Assembly: GCA_009995545.1 (NCBI GenBank)
Contig: JAACPI010000002.1
Coordinates: 78,316-142,315, forward strand
Direction: 5' to 3'
Source of the DNA: a bacterium
Lineage (GTDB): Bacteria; Patescibacteriota; WWE3; 2-01-FULL-39-13; JAACPI01
Length of the DNA stretch: 64,000 nucleotides
In this document: positions 39,596 through 48,026 of the stretch, in pieces
How positions within the stretch are numbered: the first letter of the stretch is position 1
Layout: every line of letters starts with the position of its first letter
Made by a program: the position numbers and the translations under genes
The notes under the pieces: generated by a model
Databases searched by the model: none
The model's input: the letters and a program-made list of their open reading frames with translations, nothing else
Told to the model about the DNA's origin: nothing

Positions 39596-41338
39596 ATGCA
39601 GCAATATAAAATTAACTTAAAAGAGAATAAGAAACAAATACTGGGTATTTTAAATACTCTTAGTAAAAGCATTTATTCACCCAAAAAAATTGAAAAAATA
39701 CTTAGAATTTACCCGAGTAAAGATGGTTTGTATTCCAAAGGAGCCCTGTACAGAGCCTACATTAAGCTAAAAACTGAACTAAAATTAAATAAAGAGTCCG
39801 AGGAAAACCTATACAAAAATATTAAAATGAAAAATATTAGGTCTTCTTCGGGAGTAACCCCTGTTACAGTTTTAACTAAACCCTTTCCTTGTCCGGGTAA
39901 GTGCATTTTTTGCCCAAATGATATACGGATGCCTAAAAGCTATCTTTCGGATGAACCTGGGGCCCAAAGAGCCGAATCTAACTTATTTGACCCTTACCTA
40001 CAAACCCATAACAGAATAGCCGCGTTAAAAAATATTGGCCACCCAGTAGATAAGATTGAGTTAATAATACTTGGGGGTACTTGGTCTTCGTACCCGTTAA
40101 CTTATCAAATTTGGTTTGTAAAAGAATGTTTTAGAGCCCTTAATGAATTTGAGACATCTACCAAAGATATGATTAAGACTAATACGGAAAACCCAATTAA
40201 CTTGAAAGGGGTAAAAGAAATAGATGGAGAAAAAATGGAAAAAAGTTATAACCAAGTAATATCCCTCGCCTTAAATAGACAAAAACAACTTAAAGAACAG
40301 GCAACCTGGAAAGAGTTAGAAAATGCTCATTTAAAAAACATTACTGCAAAGCAAAAATGTGTAGGCTTAGTAATAGAAACAAGACCCGATGAAATAAATA
40401 AAGAAGAAGTTTTAAGGCTTAGAAAATTAGGAGCTACAAAAATACAAATTGGAATACAGAGTTTAAACGACAAAGTTTTAAAACTTAATAAACGTGGACA
40501 CAACTGCGCTAAAACAGCAGAGGCATTTAAACTGCTAAGGGCCGCCGGATTTAAGATACAAGGGCACTATATGCCTAACCTTTACGGAAGTACCTCGGCA
40601 AAGGATATTAGTGACTATAAAAAACTGTTTTCAAACCTGGCATTTAAACCAGATGAGTTAAAAGTTTACCCCTGCTCGTTAATTGAAAGTGCAGAGTTAA
40701 TGCACTATTACAAAAGAGGTTTATGGAAACCTTATACAGAAAAAGAGCTTTTAAAAATTTTAGTAAATACCTATAAAGACACCCCAAGATATTGCCGAAT
40801 AAATAGAATGATAAGAGATATTCCAAGTACTGATATTGTTGTGGGAAATAAAAAAACAAACTTTAGACAAATGGTTGATGAAGAAATGAAGAAAAACCAA
40901 ATTAAAGTTGTAGAAATGCGACACAGAGAAATACGAAACGAAAAAATTGAAAACCCTAAAATTAAGGTAACCACTTACAAAACTACCCACACTACCGAAA
41001 AGTTTTTAGAATTTGTAACAGATACAGATAAAATAATTGGGTTTCTAAGACTTTCGTTGCCAAAAAATCCCAAAAATAAAATAACTGCTGAACTTAATAA
41101 CTGCGCAATTATAAGGGAAGTACATGTTTACGGACAAAGCTTAGGTATCGGCAAACTCAGCAATAAAAACGCCCAACATACAGGGTTTGGTAAAAAGCTA
41201 ATTAAAAAAGCGGAAGAAATTAGTAAAAAAGAAGGCTATGAAAGATTAGCAGTGATCTCTGCAATAGGTACCAGGGAATATTACAAAAAGTTGGGGTACG
41301 AACTAGTAGAAATGTATCAGGTGAAGCCAAGGATTTGA
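39596..41338 (+). CDS. elp3: Elp3 radical SAM/KAT tRNA U34 carboxymethylation enzyme
   Basis: CPGKCIFCP, GGT, ETRPD, KVYP, IREVHVYG, QHTGFG, GTREYY. Confidence 0.93.
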   Translation: MQQYKINLKENKKQILGILNTLSKSIYSPKKIEKILRIYPSKDGLYSKGALYRAYIKLKTELKLNKESEENLYKNIKMKNIRSSSGVTPVTVLTKPFPCPGKCIFCPNDIRMPKSYLSDEPGAQRAESNLFDPYLQTHNRIAALKNIGHPVDKIELIILGGTWSSYPLTYQIWFVKECFRALNEFETSTKDMIKTNTENPINLKGVKEIDGEKMEKSYNQVISLALNRQKQLKEQATWKELENAHLKNITAKQKCVGLVIETRPDEINKEEVLRLRKLGATKIQIGIQSLNDKVLKLNKRGHNCAKTAEAFKLLRAAGFKIQGHYMPNLYGSTSAKDISDYKKLFSNLAFKPDELKVYPCSLIESAELMHYYKRGLWKPYTEKELLKILVNTYKDTPRYCRINRMIRDIPSTDIVVGNKKTNFRQMVDEEMKKNQIKVVEMRHREIRNEKIENPKIKVTTYKTTHTTEKFLEFVTDTDKIIGFLRLSLPKNPKNKITAELNNCAIIREVHVYGQSLGIGKLSNKNAQHTGFGKKLIKKAEEISKKEGYERLAVISAIGTREYYKKLGYELVEMYQVKPRI

Positions 41339-41436
41339 GAACACATTAGGAATATTGAGCCAGGTTAAAACCTTTTACTAAAGCCTACTACCCGGAAACT
41401 AAAAATATACCCTAGATTTTTTAACACCCCATAGTA

Positions 41437-41465
41437 TTGACAGGAATACCCAAATTTAGTATGCT
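41437..41465 (+). promoter_or_regulatory. consensus sigma70 promoter
   Basis: TTGACA (41437-42), 17 nt, TATGCT (41460-65). Confidence 0.65.
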
Positions 41466-41511
41466 AAAGATATGTAGCAATTCGGCTACAAATAGTAAAA
41501 GGAGTAGAAAA

Positions 41512-41802
41512 ATGGAATTCCTCGTAGCGTATTGGGGGCTTTTCCTTGGGTTGGCAGTTGTCTTTAGTGGTCTGACGATTTTTCAACAGTTGAAGACTGT
41601 GGGCAAAATGTTCAAAGGCTTTGGGGACATGGCCGAGACCTTTTCGAACTCAGATGAACCTTTCGACGACGCAGTCGAAACGTCCGTCAAGAGCTTTGGG
41701 GACATGGCCAAAAGTTTTGGCCCAGTAATGGCCTTCGGCGGCGGAGCCATGGTTTGCTTCCTGCTCTTTGCAGTCGGAGTGTTAGGAGCTATCTTCGGAT
41801 AG
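41512..41802 (+). CDS. small two-TM protein with internal repeat (start ATG 41512)
   Basis: AAGGAG SD upstream; MEFLVAYWGL...; FGDMA repeated twice. Confidence 0.7.
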   Translation: MEFLVAYWGLFLGLAVVFSGLTIFQQLKTVGKMFKGFGDMAETFSNSDEPFDDAVETSVKSFGDMAKSFGPVMAFGGGAMVCFLLFAVGVLGAIFG

Positions 41803-42069
41803 TCTCACGATGGGGGAAATGGAACAGAGGAAGTGCACAAAGCACACCCTGTAAATTGGCAAAAGCCATCCGCATCGATAAAAAACCATTTCAGTAGTAC
41901 AATTTTTATTCCTCAAGACAACAAGACATTTGTCTTTATCAATTACCTTTTACATACATATATTACAATTAGAAGTTAGTAAATCCTGTTGCTAAAGCCC
42001 CTAGTGGTATGTTTTTTGATAACGCTGTAATCCCTGCTGCAAAGCAACTTACCGTAAATGGGTAGGGGT

Positions 42070-42633
42070 TTATAGGTGACTAATCTTTCTAACTTCTTCG
42101 GCATTCTTAACTCTTTCACGTAGACAGTTAAGGGTAATATCTGGCATCCCCCACTCCTTAGCTATTTTTAACTGCTCGATAAGTGCCTGCCACTCCACCT
42201 CTTGTGCGTCATACTCAGTTAAATTATCTATGAGGGGATCGTATTCGTATAAGAATAGATTTGGATTACTAATGTGGTGCATCTCCTCTATTGTCTGTAA
42301 TCTCGCAAAATCTTCTATACTCCCTATAAAATAAAGCTGACCTGCTTGATAAAGTTTGAGTAAATCACCGTCGAAATTTTTGGAATTACCAAAGATGTTA
42401 ACCCCTATAAGATTATTACAGTGAATATTATTAGGATCTTCTTCTAATACAAACATCAATTTTGGCTCCCTCAAATCGGTTATTAATTCGGTATCAGTAC
42501 ATATCCCCCATCTCTGTTTAAGTTCCTGCACGGTATCCTCAGAGGTTTGAGCAAATAATCTAAATCTACTTTCGCCCATACTTTCAGTGGTGGATTCTTT
42601 TGTTGAAATACCAGAAGCATTATTTGGAAACAT
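42070..42633 (-). CDS. hypothetical protein (orphan)
   Basis: 187-aa ORF. Confidence 0.55.
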   Translation of the reverse strand: MFPNNASGISTKESTTESMGESRFRLFAQTSEDTVQELKQRWGICTDTELITDLREPKLMFVLEEDPNNIHCNNLIGVNIFGNSKNFDGDLLKLYQAGQLYFIGSIEDFARLQTIEEMHHISNPNLFLYEYDPLIDNLTEYDAQEVEWQALIEQLKIAKEWGMPDITLNCLRERVKNAEEVRKISHL

Positions 42634-42721
42634 TTTATGTGACGGAGATAATTAAGATAGGGGTATTATATCCCAAAGAGTGTTAATTGTAAATACTATG
42701 GGTCAGTTGGTGCGGGGTGGC

Positions 42722-43579
42722 TTATTTTTTCTTACGCCACATTTTTAAATCATAATATACATTTGCAGCTACAAATGGCGAGGAATAGGTACCTATGATT
42801 ACCCCAATAATAAGCGCTGTTGCAAACCAAAAAAGTGATCCAGAAACAAATAAAATTAAAGCGTAAAGGGCTAATACACTAGTTAAGCTATTATTTACTG
42901 ACCTAACCATAGTGGTTTCTAAAGAGTTATTTATAACTTGTTTTAAAGATAAAGTAGAAGATTTGCTACGAATCTCTTTAATTTTGTCAAAAATTACAAT
43001 GGTATCGTACAAACTAAAAGATAAAACTGTTAAAACCGCGGTAATCAAGAGTAAGTCAATTTCGGCACTAAAAAAATGTCCGAAAAAAGCAAAAAGGCCT
43101 ATCAGTATAAAGGTGTCGTGAAGCATAGCTATAATGGCAGAAGAAGCACCAATTAAATCTTTAAAAGAGTAAGTAATAAAAATAAAAATTACTACCACGG
43201 AAAACAACACAGCCAAGCCCGTTTTTAATACTAGTTCATTACCTACTGCTGGTTGAATAAACTCTACACCCTCAATAACTAAGTTTGCTGCACTGTCTTG
43301 TAAAGAATTTTTAACTAACAAAGAATCCTCCTCTGAAACTACAGAATCGATATTTATAGTAAAACTTTCGCCTGCTTTTTTTACCTCAAATTTTTCAATC
43401 CCATCGGGCATAAAATTTTCGATTTCAGAAACAGAAGAAGAGGTTAAACCCGAAATTTTAGTTCCACCTGTAAAATCTACAGACAATTTAAACCCATAAA
43501 ATACCAAGCTATATATACCAAATAGTATTAACAAAACAGACAAAATATAAGGTAAGTATCGGTATTTAATAAAATTCAT
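42722..43579 (-). CDS. secF: protein translocase subunit SecF
   Basis: VDFTGG, AMLHD, SLYDTIVIFDKIKE, GTYSSPFVA. Confidence 0.94.
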   Translation of the reverse strand: MNFIKYRYLPYILSVLLILFGIYSLVFYGFKLSVDFTGGTKISGLTSSSVSEIENFMPDGIEKFEVKKAGESFTINIDSVVSEEDSLLVKNSLQDSAANLVIEGVEFIQPAVGNELVLKTGLAVLFSVVVIFIFITYSFKDLIGASSAIIAMLHDTFILIGLFAFFGHFFSAEIDLLLITAVLTVLSFSLYDTIVIFDKIKEIRSKSSTLSLKQVINNSLETTMVRSVNNSLTSVLALYALILFVSGSLFWFATALIIGVIIGTYSSPFVAANVYYDLKMWRKKK

Positions 43580-44925
43580 TATCTAGATTTATAGAAAAAT
43601 TTGATTATATTTTTAGTAACGTAAACACCCGTAAATAAAGACACAGCAATTCCAATACCCAGGGTCACCGCAAACCCTCTAACTGGGCCAGATTGCAGTA
43701 AAAATCCCCATTCAAAAGGATTAAAAAGTATAAAAGCGATAATTAACGATACAAGGTTAGCGTCTTTTATTGACCCCCAGGCCTTATCAAACCCTCTTTC
43801 AACAGCACTGGATCCTTCATACCCTGCATTTCTTTCTTCTTTAATTCTTTCAAAAATTAAAATATTGGAGTCTACCGCCATACCTATAGATAAAATAAAT
43901 CCAGCTACCCCAGATAAAGTTAGGGTAATAGGGACCAACTTATACAAAGTTATGCTAAAAAGACCGTATAAAAGTAATGTACTAACAGAAATCAACCCAA
44001 GTTTTTTATATAAAAACAACATAAATATAGAAACAGCAGCTAAACCTATTAATCCACCTTTTATACTTTTTTGTATTACATCGTCCCCAACAGATGCTCC
44101 TATTTGAGACTCTCCCACTATATTAACTGGTACAGGAAGCGCACCAGAATTTATCTGAATTGCCAAATCTTTTGCTGCCTCACTGGTAAAGCCCCCAGTA
44201 ATATAAGCCTCACCTGTAGAAATTTGCTGATTAATAGTAGGTGCGATCACGGGAACATTGTCTATAAAGATACCTAACCTTAAACCAATATTTTTAGCTG
44301 TTAAATCAGAAAACTTTTTAGTACCCTCGCTTGTGAATATCAAATTTACACTAGGCTCGTAAACCCCCGCCTCAGACTGAAAAATTGCTGGTACTGCTTT
44401 TTTTATATCTGTGCTTTTTAAGTCTGTTTCAACAAAACCAGGGTAAGGATCCCCTTCTTTAGGAAGGCTTTCTGGATCTAATACAAAATTAGGATCTTCC
44501 ATTAAAAAAGACATTTGGGCAGTTTTACCTACTAAGGTTTTTGCTCTTTCAATATCTTCAATTCCAGGTATTTCAACAATTAACTTATACTTATTATTAA
44601 ATTTTACTGTAGTTACGTTTGGTTCATTTACCCCAAATCTATTTACCCTTGTTTCTAAAATACCCTTTAAAGATTCAAGGGAGTTGCCCATTTCTTCACT
44701 AGGTATAGAAGAAAGGTCGGGTTCTAAAATTAAGCGAACACCTCCAGAAATATCTAAACCCTTCTTTAATTCCATATCTCTATATAACCCACCAACATTT
44801 AGCGAATAACCACCAATGTACAAAACCTTATACCCAAACAAAGATTTATTAATCTCTATTTTTGGTAAATTTAAAGTAATACTAATAAGGATTAGCAGTG
44901 TGATTATTATCCAGTCTCTTTTCAT
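43579..44925 (-). CDS. secD: protein translocase subunit SecD
   Basis: GLDISGG, RVNRFGVNEP, SGALPVP, GMAVDSNILIFERIKEE. Confidence 0.95.
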   Translation of the reverse strand: MKRDWIIITLLILISITLNLPKIEINKSLFGYKVLYIGGYSLNVGGLYRDMELKKGLDISGGVRLILEPDLSSIPSEEMGNSLESLKGILETRVNRFGVNEPNVTTVKFNNKYKLIVEIPGIEDIERAKTLVGKTAQMSFLMEDPNFVLDPESLPKEGDPYPGFVETDLKSTDIKKAVPAIFQSEAGVYEPSVNLIFTSEGTKKFSDLTAKNIGLRLGIFIDNVPVIAPTINQQISTGEAYITGGFTSEAAKDLAIQINSGALPVPVNIVGESQIGASVGDDVIQKSIKGGLIGLAAVSIFMLFLYKKLGLISVSTLLLYGLFSITLYKLVPITLTLSGVAGFILSIGMAVDSNILIFERIKEERNAGYEGSSAVERGFDKAWGSIKDANLVSLIIAFILFNPFEWGFLLQSGPVRGFAVTLGIGIAVSLFTGVYVTKNIIKFFYKSR

Positions 44926-45507
44926 TTAATTAATATAGGTTTCTTGCGAACCAAAAATTGTAGATCTAGGTTTTATTAAAAAGCTCATTAATAGATTGTC
45001 TTTTCTTTCTTTTAAGATTCTATACTCTTCTGAAGAAACAACCATATAATTAATTTCTAAATTGGTCTTTTTTTGATACTCATTAAACAAGTCTCTTAAA
45101 TTAGACATGTAGGGGCTACCTAAAAACAAAACATCTAAAGATTCTTTTTTTCTTGTAGGAGATTGTAAAAAAAACTCTAGAGATAATGTACAAAAGTTTA
45201 AATTTCCCAAACTCTTCTTTTTGGATCTTAAGAGTTTTCCTAAACCTATTTCTTTACTTATAATACTAGCTAAATCGTAATATAGACTACTATCCTTATT
45301 TAAACAGTAGTGTAGTCGATTTCCTCTAGGATCTTCGTTTAACAGCTTACCCTCAGACATTCTAATAATTTCTCGTCGAACAGCGTTTATTTCAAGTTTT
45401 GTGTCACGTGATATCTCCCTAACGAAGGGGCTATAACCCTGGGGGTGCGAATAAAAATACCTTAAAATTTTCATCCGGGCTTCTGAAGTAATTATGGTTT
45501 TAAGCAT
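44926..45507 (-). CDS. winged-helix protein with degenerate nucleotidyltransferase-like C-terminus (start ATG 45507)
   Basis: SEARMKIL...VREISR...NAVRRE...GNRLHY; LDVLFLG...EINYMV; TATACT 6 nt before ATG. Confidence 0.7.
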   Translation of the reverse strand: MLKTIITSEARMKILRYFYSHPQGYSPFVREISRDTKLEINAVRREIIRMSEGKLLNEDPRGNRLHYCLNKDSSLYYDLASIISKEIGLGKLLRSKKKSLGNLNFCTLSLEFFLQSPTRKKESLDVLFLGSPYMSNLRDLFNEYQKKTNLEINYMVVSSEEYRILKERKDNLLMSFLIKPRSTIFGSQETYIN

Positions 45508-45612
45508 TAAGTAAGTATAACGACAGCTAACTGAAAACAAAATACTTGATTTTACTTTAGTTAGTAAAAGCAAGTTTTACAAATTAGTTTTTAGCAACCT
45601 TAACACTAGAAT

Positions 45613-46932
45613 TTAATTCTCGACGACTTCAGAGTAGTCTGGTAAAATTGCCACCCAAATTAAACCTCTATTAAAGTAAATAGGTTTTCCCGATAAGTCA
45701 GTAAAAAGAGTTCTAGATCTAGCAGAACTTTTAGACCATTTAGCTAATATTTTTTTACCATTTAAGTAAATTGTGGCATCACCAGAACCTATAACATCAT
45801 AAAGCATATGCGATTTAACATCGTTTAATTTTGTTTCTTTAGCTTTTTGCAAAATAACAGTCTTAACAGGAACCATTTTATTATTATTACGGTCGATAGT
45901 CTTTTGTTCTCCCTGAGTTCTTTCATACATACCTGTATCTGAAATATATTTCCAAGATGTCTGAAACCCACCCATATCCCAAAAGTTATAACTAATATTA
46001 GTAACCTCACTCGTGTAGACATTTGGATCATTGCCTTCTATAAAATTCCAAGACGTAATATCTTGTCGACTAAGCCAACTTGGTTCCGGATATACTTTTA
46101 CAAAATTTTCATAAACTGTATTTAATCTTATGAAAGCAGTGTGCTCTGTAGGTAAAGCTAAGCTGCTGTCTTTATAAAACAAAGAACTTGCAACATCACC
46201 GGGCAACGCAGTTTGGTCTAGGGTAGGAAGGCCTATCTCATCCAGGTAAGACCGAGCATCTGCCCTAGGATCACATTCTTGGCCATTTTGAGATACCAGG
46301 TATGCAAATTCTTCATCGGATAAGTTTTTCTCATACTCTGGTCGGTACGCTATTCCCCAATGTGTGGAAATAGGAAAATATTCTGCGGCCACTTGTTGAA
46401 AATACTTTCTCATTGACCTAACAGGACCAACCTTTTCTGGTAAATTAGAAGCAAAAACTGCTAAAAACCGGGTTATTCCCCCTTCCGCAACTATCTCATA
46501 AACAATATCGGCCTGCGAAAGACCTGCAGCCGGTCTGGCTAAAGTGTGATTATTGATCATCACAGTAACAGGTTTATTTTTCTGCATTCTGTTAAAAGAA
46601 GACTCACTTATGTAAGCACCGTTTAAATAATTTTTAAATTCCCCAGATTCAATATTTTCAAAACCACCGGAGTCGTTTCCTTCACCAGACTTAGAACCCT
46701 GTCCTGATGAATTTGGGTTTAGAAGATTACTACGATTAGTTTTAGCTCTATATAAGAAGGCCGTCGAAGATAAAATCCCTAAAAATATTACTGCTACAGA
46801 CCAAAGAACTATTATTTTTAAATGGGGTTTTTTGGAAAGAAAAGAAAATCTCTTTTTATAGAAAGGGAGGGCACCGTTATTAGAAGAACTATTAAGTAGA
46901 GAATTTATGGGCGTTAAATTATCATTTTGCAT
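45613..46932 (-). CDS. DUF3048 domain protein (start ATG 46932)
   Basis: VMINN..ARPAAGLSQADIVYEIVAEGGITR, VGPVRS. Confidence 0.88.
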   Translation of the reverse strand: MQNDNLTPINSLLNSSSNNGALPFYKKRFSFLSKKPHLKIIVLWSVAVIFLGILSSTAFLYRAKTNRSNLLNPNSSGQGSKSGEGNDSGGFENIESGEFKNYLNGAYISESSFNRMQKNKPVTVMINNHTLARPAAGLSQADIVYEIVAEGGITRFLAVFASNLPEKVGPVRSMRKYFQQVAAEYFPISTHWGIAYRPEYEKNLSDEEFAYLVSQNGQECDPRADARSYLDEIGLPTLDQTALPGDVASSLFYKDSSLALPTEHTAFIRLNTVYENFVKVYPEPSWLSRQDITSWNFIEGNDPNVYTSEVTNISYNFWDMGGFQTSWKYISDTGMYERTQGEQKTIDRNNNKMVPVKTVILQKAKETKLNDVKSHMLYDVIGSGDATIYLNGKKILAKWSKSSARSRTLFTDLSGKPIYFNRGLIWVAILPDYSEVVEN

Positions 46933-47014
46933 TAAAACCATTATAGACACATTGAAACAAAGAGACCACTAATTATTAAATAATTTTTGTGCGATAATTG
47001 TTTATATAAAAATA

Positions 47015-47137
47015 ATGAATTTGAAAAAAATGGAAAAAACAACCAAAAACGAAATGCTAAAAGATCTAAGTCAAACGGGGTGGGCCTTTTTTATAATAGT
47101 TGTGGCGGTATCTTTAGTTTTTCTTATTGTTTCTTGA
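47015..47137 (+). CDS. candidate tail-anchored microprotein (40 aa)
   Basis: MNLKKMEKTTKNEMLKDLSQTGWAFFIIVVAVSLVFLIVS; fills the gap and ends in a clean TM helix. Confidence 0.5.
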   Translation: MNLKKMEKTTKNEMLKDLSQTGWAFFIIVVAVSLVFLIVS

Positions 47138-48026
47138 AATCCCTATAAAAATCCCCAGACACTTTGCTTAAATCAACGTATTGATCGTTATATTTAACCT
47201 TAACATCCTGCAAAGGATCTATATAAACCTTTAATTGGTCCCCTTTAAACTCCTGTTCTAATGGGCCCACCAAAAACCCCCTGAATAAAGTTTTTGATAA
47301 ATCTTTTACCTCTAAAAAAACGGAACTTTCTTGAGAATTTAAAGAGATAATTAATATGTTGGGACCGGACCCAAAATTTTCTGGATTCTGTTTTTTGCTT
47401 TCAACTGTGAGGGACTTTGTAACCGAAAGATTTGAAGGGTTTACAGCTTTAACAAGTATAGTATTTAAACCTTCGTGTAGGTATATATTTTCAGAAAACT
47501 CCCCCGAAGAATCTACGTTAAGCACTCTACTATTAAACCAAACCTCAGAATTTTTAGAGGCTTTCCCTTTTAACAAAATTTGAGATTGTTCTAGTATTTC
47601 ACCATCAGATGGAGAAAATATTTCTAAAGTGGGTGGGGAATTGTAAATGGAATTTTGAGTAAAACCCAAATATATAAAAAGGCTAACTATCAAGATAGAA
47701 AAAAATAAAACAAAGACCTGTGGAGTAAAAACGAATTTATTTGAAATACTTATCGAGGGTGGGGTCGATTTTACAACCACATTAAAGTCTCTTCTCCAGA
47801 AGGCAACTACTTTAGGGGTATCTAAGCCCAAAAAATCAGCGTATTTTTGCAGAAATCCCCTTGCTATGGCTTTACTATCAAAAATATCCTGGCTATTTTC
47901 TTCTAGGGCTTCTAGATATTTGGGCTGAATTCTAAGCTTTTTTGAGACAGTATCTATACTAAAACCCATCCGGGTTCGCTTTTCTTTTAAAATTTCACCC
48001 GCATTCTTCATTGGAGTGTGGATCAC
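47124..48026 (-). CDS. RodZ-like HTH protein
   Basis: GEILKEKR...YLEALEE...RGFLQKYADFLGLD, TM, Ig-like domain; follows ftsK. Confidence 0.8.
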   Translation of the reverse strand: MIHTPMKNAGEILKEKRTRMGFSIDTVSKKLRIQPKYLEALEENSQDIFDSKAIARGFLQKYADFLGLDTPKVVAFWRRDFNVVVKSTPPSISISNKFVFTPQVFVLFFSILIVSLFIYLGFTQNSIYNSPPTLEIFSPSDGEILEQSQILLKGKASKNSEVWFNSRVLNVDSSGEFSENIYLHEGLNTILVKAVNPSNLSVTKSLTVESKKQNPENFGSGPNILIISLNSQESSVFLEVKDLSKTLFRGFLVGPLEQEFKGDQLKVYIDPLQDVKVKYNDQYVDLSKVSGDFYRDFKKQ

